Shown: positions 45,501 to 60,566 of the stretch, piece by piece
How the letters are laid out: every line of letters starts with the position of its first letter
How positions within the stretch are numbered: the stretch's first letter is position 1
Assembly: GCF_009834535.1 (NCBI RefSeq)
Contig: NC_045711.1
Location: forward strand, 11,284,001 to 11,348,000
Reading direction: 5' to 3'
Source of the DNA: Camelus ferus
Lineage: Eukaryota
Length of the DNA: 64,000 nt
Notes under the pieces: model-generated
The model's database searches: none
The model's input: the letters and a program-made list of their open reading frames with translations, nothing else
What the model was told of the DNA's origin: nothing
Program-made: the position numbers and the translations under genes

Positions 45501-48500
45501 ATCAGCATATGGGGAAGTGAGTATTCTCATAGGATGTGGGAATATACATTGGTTATAGCCTTTTTAGAGGACAATTTGGCAGTTTCTATCAGAAACTGCA
45601 CACACCCCTTACTACCATTAAATGCACTTAGTAATTCTATATCTAGGAAGACATACTATCAATGCTGAGGCAAAGATTGTTTATAAGAGTAAAAGTAGGG
45701 AAATAGCTTACATGCCTAATCTCTAACACATGTATTAAGAAAAAAATAAAACAATGAAGAGAGTGCATGACCTCATTTACGTTAAATCAAAAAGTAACAA
45801 ACATGCATAAGCACATGAAAATACGCAGGAAACGATCTAGGAGGATAAATACCAAATTATTGCCAAGATTACTTCTGGGGATTAAAAATGGGAGGGGTGC
45901 AGGGAAGAAGTAAGGGCTGGGCGGGCGTTAAGACTTGTGCAATGAACTTTAATTTTTTACTTAATATGTTTTCATATTGTCTGACTCTGAATAACTAACA
46001 GTCCCATATGATGGTTAAAAGCAGGGTCTTGACCAAGACTGCCTGGATTTGAATCCTGGTTCCACTGGTTTACAAGGTGTGACCTTGGGCAACTTACTTC
46101 TCTTTATCTCAGTTTCCTCACCTGTAAAATGAAGGTAACAACTGTACCTGCCTCCGGGGGTGGTTGTGAGCATTAACAAACGTAAAACACTCAGAAGAGT
46201 TCCTGGCATGTACTAAGGGCTATTTAAGTATTAGGTAAGGAACTATTATTAGTTTTTATGTTAGAAAAGAAATCTCAACACCACCTCTAAGAAAAAAATT
46301 CTTTCCATGACTCCCCTCTGCCCCTGATAAAGGTTAACCTCCTCAGCTTAGCAGGAGCCCTGCTGACTTCCAGACTCTTCTTTGGCCACTGCTCCTCAAG
46401 CTGCAAAAATAGTCAGTCTCTGTGGTTCCCAAATACTCCGGACTATTTCTAGCTTCTCTGCATGGACTGCCCTTCTTCATTTTCTTTATCCTGTTAAGGT
46501 GAACCGCAGGGTTACTGCCTTCTGGAAGCCAGTCCTGACATACTACGCTGGAGCAAATGCCCTCCTCTGCGTGGTACCTTGTATCTACCTCCAGCATGGC
46601 AAATGCCCATTGTTTCATGTCACTCCCTACTGTGTCTTATCTCTGCCACTGGACCTGGCACATAGTAGGTGCTTAGAAAATGTTTACTAAATGGGCAAGA
46701 AAATCAGAGAGATTTGAGATCATTGAGAACAAGAGGGTCAGTGTGGTAAAAGGGAGTTAAAAAGGCCACAGGAGGTCAGAAAAGTTGAGGGTCTGAGATG
46801 ACCAAATTTAGGGGTCAGAAAAATCAGGGGCGGAATCAAAGAGAGCAGCAAGATTAAAGAGGTCAGGAGGTCAGGGAGATTTGTGAAGTCAAAGAGGTAG
46901 GTTATTGAGGTCAGAAGAGGTCAGAGAGATAAAGAGGAGCAAGGACTCAGAGAACACCAAGGGGGTCAGAAAGGCCCCTGACGATTTCAGAAAGGACTTC
47001 AGTGTCTCACCACCGGGCCAAGGTCCCAGGCCGGGGCGGGGCGTAGCTGTCATGCCGGTGCAGCTGTATGAAGTCCTTGCCGGGGCCCTGGGCCAGCTCG
47101 GTGATCTCCTGAGCCCACCACCGCGCCTGCCGGTAGCTGCTACACTTGAGAATCAGGGACCTGGACAGGAACAGTGGGATGGACCACAATCCTCACCCTC
47201 CAGACCTCTGGCCTGGCCCAGAAACCTCCCTCCTTTAGCCATCACCTCTTTCCCACCTCCTCCCTGAGTCCCCACTTGAGACGACTCCATGGGACAGGGC
47301 AGAGATCTGCCTTGTTCACAGCTGTGCTGGCATTATGCCAGGAACTCAGGTTTGTTGAATAAATAAATGAACAAACAGAGTGCCTTTTCTTTTACACCAA
47401 GTGTCCCTCCCCCAAGCTTACACTCAACCCCTTCTCTCTGGACCCAGCCTCGAAGAGCAGTCCCAAGCATCTGGCTAGAAAAGTTCTCTGGTTCCAAATC
47501 ACAGCCAGCTCCGGGGGGTGGGAGAACCTTCCTTTCCTCCATGGTGTCTTCCACTCAGCTCCCCTTAGGGCCCTGGGCTGGCTCTCCTTCACTCACCAGG
47601 TGTCAGTGCACGCAGGGAGGCCTTACCTGTGGGAGGTGTCGATCCGGACCCCGTACCGTGCCTCTGTGCTCCTTTTCCCCACCTGCACCTCGAAGCCAGG
47701 GTCAAAGAGCTGAACAAATGAGATGGCGCCGGTCTCCAGGCACATGTACATCAGGAAGGAGTCCTTCACCACCAGCCACCTGGAGCGGAAGGGCTCCGAC
47801 CATTCCTCCAGGCCCTGGGGCTCTCCTTCCCCACCCCAACCCGTGACCCAGCTGCTCCGCTCAGGCCTCACCTCTTGGACCAGCGATAACAAACTTGGTC
47901 TCGGCCACAGCAGGTGAGGCCAGGAACGCGGTGGCCACCTGAGCGCTTCCGGATCACCCCCTCCCTGTGGGGAAACCCAGGAAGAGATGCTGGATGAGGG
48001 ACCCAGACCCCAGCCCACCCTGCACTGTTTTCCCTATGCATTCGCAGGCAGGGAGAGAACCAGATGTTGGCAGATGGCTGAGTGAGGGGGACCAGACACT
48101 CACAGCCCTTTGCATCCAAGGTCTGGGATAAAGGATAGTTGACTGACTTCCAGGAACTCCGTCTGCAGAGGAAGAAAAAGGCTCAGAGGAGAGACTAGTT
48201 TTCAGCCTCTCAAATCCTACAGACCCTGGTCCTCTGCCCCTTGGTAGTCTGATTACCCTGCTCATCTCAAAAGCCCCAGGCATCCAGCCCCCAGATCTTA
48301 CCATGGCGTGGTAGTTGCGGTAGAAAGACATGGTCAGGAGACGGTTGAGGTAATTTTCCAGATATTTCTGAAGTAGGGGTGAAGTAGACAGAAGAGAGAC
48401 AGATGGGACCAAAACCATTAGCACCCCAAATGCCTTCCCAGGGGACCTGGTGTCTGATCCCACCTGTTTGCTGGATGCATGTCTGGCGGAGCCCTCAGGA

Positions 48501-49582
48501 CCTGCTCGGGGTAGAGAGGGCATCTCCCTGTTGGCTGCCTCTTGGGCTGGAGCGTAGGCAACGGCAAAACTGTGGAAGGGATGGGGGAGGGGGGGAGGGT
48601 CAGTAAGAGCAGGGAGGCTGGGTGCCTGGGTTCCTGAAGCCCTGGAGATGGGGTCTTGGAGAAGGGGACAGGGCCTAGAGGCTGGCAAAAGGAATGCCCT
48701 CTACCCTGAGAATGGAGACAGAAAAAGGTGGGAGGCTGCCAAGGGTATTTTGGGCATCCAGCCCGGCTGAGATATTGGCCCAGAACCATGGACAGGGAGA
48801 ATGGAATAGGGAAGGTTTCCTGGTAACCGGGGTCAGAGGAGGGGGCCCAGTGGCCAGAGTTGGAGGAGGAAAGTGGCTGGGGGAGGAAAAGTTGTGGCCT
48901 GGGGATGAGGCAGGCAGAAAGCAGTGATGGAGTCTAGGGGAGTGACAGCCCATGAGGCCACATGGTGAGGGGCACCTGCCCTTCCCAGGAGACAGACTGG
49001 CCCCCCTCACCGAGCCAGAGGGAGCAGACTCATCAAGACTTTGTGTCTCAGGAGGTCTCGATGCAGCTCCTGGAAATGACGGAACTTCTTCTTGGTTGTC
49101 CAGGTAAAGTCGCCGTGAGTCAAGCGGACAGAATACAGAGTGCACGTGCCCACCTGGGGGAGTGAGGAACACAATGGATGTTCCCTGGTTGGGTGGCCCC
49201 ACTCACTCTGGCCAGCCCTCCCCTCACCCTCCTCCCTGATGCCAGCCCAGCCACCTTGGATCCACTGGTGTATCTTTCAGTGCCCACCACCTGGGCTATG
49301 ACGGGGACCCCAGGGGCAAACACCAAGGGGTGCATTTTCAGGGGCTGAAGGTTGTAGATGGCCAGAAAGGGGTGCATCCGGTCAGCTGGAAGGAAAGACA
49401 GTGTTAAGAGTGTGGACCAAAGGAGGTATCAGCCCCTCCTCCTCCTCTCCCTGAGCTGCGCCCTCTGGTGTACCTGGGTCCTCTCCCTCCTTTAGAGTGT
49501 CCACCTCATCGGGCTCCATATGTAACTGGCTGGAGTCCAGATCACCCCCAGTGGGGAAAAGGCTCTCAGGGGTTGCCGCCAT
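39539..49582 (-). CDS. PLD2: Phospholipase D2 (PX, PH and two HKD catalytic domains)
   Basis: Coding exons: 49474-49582, 49255-49385, 49011-49153, 48464-48569, 48302-48367, 48104-48162, 47872-47964, 47627-47779, 47011-47160, 44956-(gap), [exon 12 in gap 44710-44841], 43841-43951, 43493-43663, 42971-43097, 42687-42805, 42483-42596, 42255-42359, 41983-42071, 41764-41877, 41540-41589, 41128-41262, 40731-40884, 40014-40128, 39539-39763. HKD motifs HHEKLLVVD and HSKMLIAD; C-terminus PLEVWT*. Assuming 84 and 79 nt for the two gap exons, the total is 2802 nt = 933 aa, the human length as recalled. Confidence 0.98.
40331..40515 (+). mobile_element. Young artiodactyl LINE-1 3' end in PLD2 intron 23 (antisense to PLD2)
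   Basis: AACAGCAAGGTCCTACTGTATAGCATAGGGAACTATATTCAATACCTTGT...TGTACACCAGAAATTAACACAACATTGTAAA...poly(A). Confidence 0.85.
44135..44375. repeat. Degenerate (CCAT/CCAC)n low-complexity tract in PLD2 intron 12
   Basis: catccactcatccatccacacatccacccacctacc... repeated over about 240 nt. Confidence 0.8.
44458..44517. repeat. Three copies of the 18-mer TAACACAGTAGAGGGAAG
   Basis: Copies at 44458-44475, 44481-44498 and 44500-44517. Confidence 0.95.
45200..45990 (+). mobile_element. Ancient LINE-1 (L1ME-like) fragment in PLD2 intron 10
   Basis: A-rich with L1 ORF2-end motifs (AAATGGCCAAT...AAAAGATGTTCAA...CAATTTGGCAGT). Confidence 0.7.
46010..46234 (+). mobile_element. MIR SINE
   Basis: GGATTTGAATCCTGGTTCCACT...GTGACCTTGGGCAACTTACT...CTCAGTTTCCTCACCTGTAAAATG. 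Confidence 0.85.
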
Positions 49583-49849
49583 CCTAGGAATAAGGGGTGG
49601 CCTCAGTAAGGTGATGTGATTTTTAGAACCCTGCCCCTTAGATCCCACCCCTACGGTCCTCCATCTCCCACAGGTACCGGGGGCCACCTACTTGGCTCCC
49701 GCTGACTCTCAGTCTCTCGCTGATTATGGCCCACCGGTCTGCAACGCCCTGCCAGCCCGCCTCTAATCTCCATCCCCTATCTCGGTCCTTCATCCAGAAT
49801 CCCTGAGCCCCGTAACCAAGGTAGAGAGGAACACCCAGCCAGGCCCAGA

Positions 49850-50640
49850 TGGCCCCGAAGTGGGGCAGAGTAGAAGCCAGGGGAGGGGCCCCGGGGAGTT
49901 GCAAGGGACCCGGAGCCGCCGGGACTCCAGCCAGACCAGACCAGCTGGGAGAAGGGGTCCAGGCGGGAATGAGGAAGTTATGCGTTCCCCGCCCGGGAGG
50001 GAAATCCCGAAATCTGAGCAGCCGGCTGAGTCAGGAGGCCCCGCAGCCCGGGCCCATTCCCGTGCCCTCCCGATTTCCTGGGCCCGGGACCTCTGTGGAG
50101 CCCCGTCCCCGGTCCCCTCACCCGGGCAGCCCGAGCAGACGGCAGCGCGGGTTCGCTAGCAGAGGGAGCGGAGCAGGGCGGGAGCGGGAGCCCACACCCT
50201 AGCGGGCCAGGGCGGGGCGGGCGCTGAGGGCCTGCCCTCGGGGGCGGGACGGCCCCCGGCCTCACCTCCGCGGGATTCTCGTGCGTACTGTCCCGCCCCC
50301 GCCGCCCTCTGCCCGCCCCGCCGTTCTGCGCGCCGCCGGGGCGCGGGGGCAGCCCGCCCTCTGCCCCGCGGGGCCGCGCCTCCCGCTCCGAGCATCTACG
50401 CGGCGCTGTCTGCCGGGCTGTCCGTCAGTCCCGCGCCGTCGGTCTGCGCGTGCCCGCCCGCCGCCCGACAGGCGCTCAGCGCTCGCATCCTCCTCCCCTC
50501 GGGTGTGGGTACCTCGGATCCTCTCCTGCCACCTGCCCTGCCTGGGTCCCTGGCGGAACGCGCCTTGGCGGCGGGGACCTGCGGGTGCTCGCTTCCCGGG
50601 CTGGCTGTGACCACATTGGGCCCGGCCTAGCCAGCGTTTG
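49850..50640. promoter_or_regulatory. CpG island / PLD2 promoter with non-coding first exon(s)
   Basis: CpG-dense with GC boxes at about 50210-50250. Minus-strand donors CGG|GTGAGG (exon end 50122) and GAG|GTGAGG (exon end 50266). The exon 2 acceptor TAG|G lies 1 nt before the ATG at 49582. Confidence 0.8.
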
Positions 50641-50879
50641 CAGATGGAAGGAATGATAAAAGGCCCTAGGGCTAGTGGCCACAAATTCATGAACTTGCAT
50701 TCTTTTATTCATTCGCTATATATTGTGCACTTGCTCCAGCGCCAGACACTCAGCATGCAGTAGTGAAAGCTCACGGGACCTGCTCTTCTAAAACTTACGA
50801 TCTCGGGAGAAACAGGAAAATTTTCAGATTCTAAAAGACAAAATACTTACTTTTTTTTTAAAAGCAGATTTCTTTCTCT

Positions 50880-52626
50880 CTTCTAGATGGAAGAGTGAGT
50901 TGATGGACATTTCTTGATGGACATTTGGTTTGTTTCTAGTTTTTCTCTCTTGTGAATAGAGCTCCTATAAACATTCCTGGTTAAGTCTTTGGGTAGAAAT
51001 ATGTTTGCATTTTTCTTGGGTAAATAGCTAGGATTGTAACTGGGTCATAGGATTGTATTTTAACTTTTTAAGAAACTGCCAGAATGATTTGGTCTCTAAT
51101 TGTACATATTTAAAATATAGAGACAGGGTAAAGAAATGGACAAGTAAAGGATATTTGTAAATGGTCATTAAAAAGCAGTTTTCTAATAAATGAAATATTT
51201 TAAAATGTTGGAGGAAAAAAGGAATTGCCAAACCATTTCCCAAAATGTTTCACATTTCCAAAATCTATGCATAGTAATTCCAGTTGTTCTGCAGCATGAC
51301 CAGTATTTGATATTGTCGACTTTTTTAGTATTAGCCATACTAATAAGTATAAAATAGTGTATCATTGTAGTCTTATTTGCATTTCTCTGGTGATTAATGA
51401 TGTTGACCATGTCTCATGTGCTTATTGACAATTTTATATCTTCTTTTAAGTGTTTAATTCTTTCACTGATTTTTTTTGAAAACCATGTTATTTGTCTTAT
51501 TGAATTGCAAGAGTTCTTTATATATTTTGGACACAAATACTTTATCAGATATAAGTATTGCAAATATTTTCTCTCAGAATGTGGCTTGTCTTTTTAAAAT
51601 AATGGTGCCTTTTGAAGAGCAGAAGTTTTTGATTTTGAACTTGTGGTATATAGACTATTACTCAGCAATAAAAATGAAGAAAGTGTAAAATGGTGCAGCC
51701 ATCTTGGAAAACAGTTCCTCAAAATGTTAAGCGTAGAGTTACCTACCATATGGTCCAGCAATTCCACTCCTAGGTATATACCCTAAAGAACTGGAAACGT
51801 ATGTCTACACAAAAAATTGCACATGACTGTCCACAGTAGTATTCATATAGCCCAAAAGTAGAAACAAACCAAATGTCCATCTATAAATGAATGGACAAAC
51901 ACANNNNNNNNNNNNNNNNNNNNNNNNNNNNNNNNNNNNNNNNNNNNNNNNNNNNNNNNNNNNNNNNNNNNNNNNNNNNNNNNNNNNNNNNNNNNNNNNN
52001 NNNNNNNNNNNNNNNNNNNNNNNNNNNNNNNNNNNNNNNNNNNNNNNNNNNNNNNNNNNNNNNNNNNNNNNNNNNNNNNNNNNNCTGTTGCTTGACCAGT
52101 AGCTGGGGAGAAGGCTAGGGGAGTGACAGGGTTTCTTTTGAGGGTGACGAAAGGGTTATAAAATTAGTTGTGATGGTTACACACCTCTGTGATTACAGTA
52201 AAAACCACTGGAATTACAGACTTTAAAAGGGAGAATTTTATGGCATATGAATTATTTCTCAATAAAGTTATTATAAAAGCACAAACTGTTAACACATACC
52301 CCGTGGGTGAATTTCAAAACCATTTCAGCAAAATGAAGCTAGACACAGAAGGGTAGTACTATATGATTCCATTAACATAAAGTTCTGGAAACACAAAACC
52401 AATCTATAGTGATGGAAATCAGAGCAGTAGTTGCCTGTGGCAGGGAGTGGGGGAAAAAGGGACAGTGAAGGGAACACAGGGAACTTGGTGATGGAGATGC
52501 CCTATATCTTGATTGGAATGGTGATTACATGGGTGTATGCGCTTGTCAAAACTCACAGAACTGTCCACTAAGATGTGTGCATTAAATTGAGTGTAAATTT
52601 TTACTTTGACAATGTTAATTTAAAAA
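50880..52626. mobile_element. Cluster of LINE-1 fragments (minus about 50880-51640; plus about 51640-52626, probably nested), with N gap 51904-52084
   Basis: Typical L1 text on both strands (TTGCATTTCTCTGGTGATTAATGATGTTGA; CAGCAATTCCACTCCTAGGTATATACCC; two 3' ends at about 52278 and 52626). Confidence 0.85.
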
Positions 52627-53514
52627 CCAGATTTCTGTCCAAGTCAGGCAGCATTGTCAGCAGTGCTCCCCAACCTTCTCAACTCACATCATGACCCCTT
52701 TAGGGAATGATAGTATAGCATCTGCACAGCTCTACTAGGGGGCATTTAGAGCCCTTGGTTAGCATACTCTGGACCTGAGGCTTCCAGCCTGGCCTCTGGC
52801 TGCCCTACACCTGGATGAGAGCATCAGTGTCTGCCAGGAACATTACTTGGGAAGCTCAGGGTGGTGATGAGTGAACTCTGGGGTCAGACTGATGTAGATA
52901 AGGGAAAGTTTCTGTTCTTCTGATTACTGCCTGTGTAACCTTGAGCCAGTCACTTAGTCTGTCAGTGACTGATTCCTCATCTGTGAAATCTTACTTCAAA
53001 AGATCATGGACATGATTAAATGAGATAACATGTAAAAGTCCCTAGAATCTACCTGGCACAGCATAATTGACCAATTACAACTATTTTTATACAAGAAGAC
53101 AAGAGCTACTGGACCATTTAATAAGAACATAACACTATCCTGAGTAGTAAATTTTGTTCTAAAAAAGTAGGCTATTTAAAGAAATTTTACATCTTGGGCA
53201 TTCTAAATACCAGTGAATCTCATTCTAAAATACAAATAAATCCCTAGCAGGGTCCAGCCTAGCACCAAGTTGTCTGGCATTGCTGCAATGACTTTTCCCT
53301 GCATCTGTCTGTCCCAGCACCTCTGTGTCTGTCTGTACCATGCTACCCCTCCCAGTCTCCTCCTGCTTCTCCATGGGGATCAGAGACAACCCCCAAAATT
53401 AAGGGGGCACAGAAGGGTAGGTGTTTGAGTGGGTTATCCCCCACCCCTTCCCTCCTCCCTCTTCTCCCCCTTCCATCTCCTGGCGCCTGTAATCACCAGG
53501 CGGTCTGAGGCTAA

Positions 53515-54249
<735 letters not shown>

Positions 54250-55954
54250 AGGGGAAAACCAGGGGCTGAACTTCTGGGAGGCCTTGGCAATCTTCCTTCC
54301 CCTGACCTCTCAGTGATCCCAGTGTCTGGCTCCCCCAAGTCCCTCATGACCTTCCTATTAAATACACTAAGAGTTGCCAAGTGTTGTATGTGCGTGTGCC
54401 TTGGAGAATGGGGAGTAGACAGGGACCACAAGAGCAGGGCTGTGTTATGAGGCTGAGATGGGAGGTGTATGAGGTGGGAGTGGGGATGCAGGAGTGGTGA
54501 CTAAGAGATAGCTGATCTCAGGCAGAGCCCAGGTAAGCCTAGCAGAAGCAGGTTTGCTGAAATCAAGCCTGAGTTGAGTGTGGCGAGAGCAGTTTGGAGA
54601 GGGTGGTGTATAGGCAGGACAGCAGATGGGGCTAGAGAGCATGATCATTCAACAAATATCAAGTGTCCACTCCCTGCCAGGCACTGAGAATTTATCAGTG
54701 ACTTAAGCACAAAGAATTCTCTCTTCTCCCTGAATTTACTAGTAGGGGAAGTAGACAATAAATAATCCCAGTAATATGAGCTAGTGATAAGTACTGATAT
54801 GAAGAAAATTAAACAGGTCATGTGAGAGCAGGATGGATTAAAATTCAAATGGTCAGGAAAGGCCTTTCCGTTGAGAGATGAAGAGTTCTCAGGATTTACT
54901 GCTAGACTGAATGTGGAGAACAAGGGAAAGAGAGGAATCAAAGATGCCTTGAGATAAGGAGGACCAGGAGAACAGGTTTTGCAGAAAATCAAAAGTTTTC
55001 CATTGGTTATTTTAAGTTTGAGGTATGCATGTTTGGAGTCTGAGATCCTTCTTCACTTAATCCAGGACCTCACTGGCTCCTTAGGAAGCCTCCCTTGAAC
55101 CCTCCAAAATCTTCCAGGGCAGGATTATATTCTAGAACCAGGTTTTCAATTGTGGCTCCTACAGTTCCCTTATCCACCGACTGAGTAAAGTAGATTAGGG
55201 CCAGGCTGTGGGTCACTGTCAATGAGCACCACTGAGGTCCTTTAGGTCCCTGGCTGGAGTGGGGACAGCCTTGGAGAGGCCAGAGTCCACTCTCAGCCTC
55301 CCATCCAAGCGGCTGAAGGCTGACTTCCCACCACACTCCGGTGGGAATGGTGGCTTCTGGAGCTGACCCACAGCACTCCCACTGGCTGCCCTCTCCGACC
55401 CCACATCCGTCCCAAACTCCATTTGCAACAAGGTCCACCTTTCTCCCCAAAGCCAAAGCAGTCACACTGCTGCTCCTGCAAGATGAAATGACAGGTGGGT
55501 GTGGACCATGAGCCTGAGCTGGAGATATGGAGTCCATCTGGCCTTAGGGCCAGAAGCCTCCCATGATGACCGGCAGGAGGCAGGCGAGGGGAAGTGACTC
55601 CAGTTTCTGCCAGAATTCTGAGTTCTTGGGCTTGAACAGGGAGGGGGGCGGGTCACTCACTGGGAGCCCCCACATCAACCACACTGAGTTCACAAGGACC
55701 TGGATATGGTAGAGGAAAGTGTGGAAGAAGGTGGCCTGGAGAAAGAGGATTAAAAACCACCCTTGTAGTAAAGTCTCCTCTCTAGCTTCTTCAGAGCTCA
55801 GAGTAATGGTTTCTATAAACAGGAGGGGGCCGGACAAGTTTAGGCTTGAGGTCAAGAAGAGAACCCCAAAGCAAACAGATTCTCATTGACAAACTGTTTA
55901 TTGAGTTTTGCATCAGTCCGGGGTATCTCTTATTGCATCCTGGGATCCCAGGGC

Positions 55955-57863
<1,909 letters not shown>

Positions 57864-58104
57864 CTTCCTCCTCCGGTATAGCCACAAAGCAACTGTCGTA
57901 AAGCTCTCTGTCACTCTTCAGTCGTGCTCCGAGGCCTTATCGGGGCCAGGCTATACCACAGTTTACGGCAGAAGGGAAATGATGTGCAGGGAAGGTTCTT
58001 TTGCGACAGTGACGCTTGATGGCAGTGTGTCAGGCAAACAACAAACCAAACCAAATCAAAACAAAACAAGTAAGTTTGGAAAGACTGCTTTCTTATCGGT
58101 CCTC

Positions 58105-58480
58105 GGAGGAATTGCTGGGTCATGTAGTAACTTTTTATTTAATATTTTGAGGAACTGACAACTTTCTACAGCAGCTGCCCCATTTTGCATTCCCACCGGT
58201 CTTGAATGAGGAATCCAGCTTCTCCACTTTCTAATTGCTATTGTGCATTTTATATTTTAGTCATCTTAATGCGTGTGAAGTGGTATTTTGTGGTTTTGGG
58301 GGGGGGCATTTTCCTAATGATTAATAATGTTGAACAAGTTTTCATGTGCTAAGTGATCGTTTGTATATCTTTTTTGGGAAAATATTTATTCAAGTTCTTT
58401 GCCCATTTTTAAATTGGCTTATCTTTTTATTGTTGAGTTGTAGGAGTCCCTCTTATATTCTGCATACTAGCCTTTTATTA
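58105..58480 (-). mobile_element. LINE-1 fragment immediately upstream of PSMB6
   Basis: GGAATTGCTGGGTCAT...TTTTGAGGAACTG...TTTTGCATTCCCACC...GTGTGAAGTGGTAT...CAAGTTCTTTGCCCATTTTTAAATTGG. Confidence 0.85.
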
Positions 58481-58919
58481 GACATGCATTATTGAGCTGA
58501 GCGCCTGCTTGACATGAGGCAAGACGCAAAGGTTTTAGCCTTGGATAGCTTACATAAAGGGGGTCATTTATTCACAGAGATAGGAAACATAAGGAAAGGT
58601 GCAATTCTGGGAGGAGATGATTGGACACGTATTGGACGTGCTGCATTTGCGGTGTCTGTGGAGGTGTCCAGGAAAGAGTTAGCTTTATGGGGCCTGGAGT
58701 TCCTGGGAAAGGTCTGGGCTAGAGACTTGGCATATAGTTGGCGTAGGAATGGTTGAGATAGGCCAGGGGCGTGTGAATCTCTCGGCTGCCAGGAACAAGG
58801 ATGACACATTTTTCCATATCCATTTTTTTCCTATTTCCCTTAAATGCCTGCCGTCATCACGCAAAACGTCCTAACTCGACGGCAACCAACGAATACTTTT
58901 TATTCCTCACAGCGCCTCC

Positions 58920-60425
<1,506 letters not shown>

Positions 60426-60518
60426 GACTGCTGAGGGGACCACCGCCCCCTCACCGGCCCCTAGCCAGTGCTTGTCCCTCTGCCTTTAGGAGGGGAGAGA
60501 AGCCCTGAGGGTGCAAAG

Positions 60519-60566
60519 GGTTAATAATTAACCTAGGAAGTCCCCTTCCCCTGTGCCCTTTGCCCC
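60519..60566 (-). promoter_or_regulatory. GLTPD2 proximal promoter: HNF1 site and HNF4 DR1 site
   Basis: Perfect HNF1 consensus GGTTAATAATTAACC at 60519-60533; GGGGCAAAGGGCA (minus) at 60554-60566; 94-140 bp upstream of the ATG. Confidence 0.75.

Noticed and set aside
57903-57914. GTGACAGAGAGC as the PSMB6 antioxidant response element
   Set aside because: Spacing is 2 nt too long for TGACnnnGC.
58796-58830. U6 snRNA-like fragment CAAGGATGACAC...TTCCATAT...TTTTTTT
   Set aside because: Only a 12-nt and an 8-nt match with an internal deletion; too short to call a U6 pseudogene without a search.
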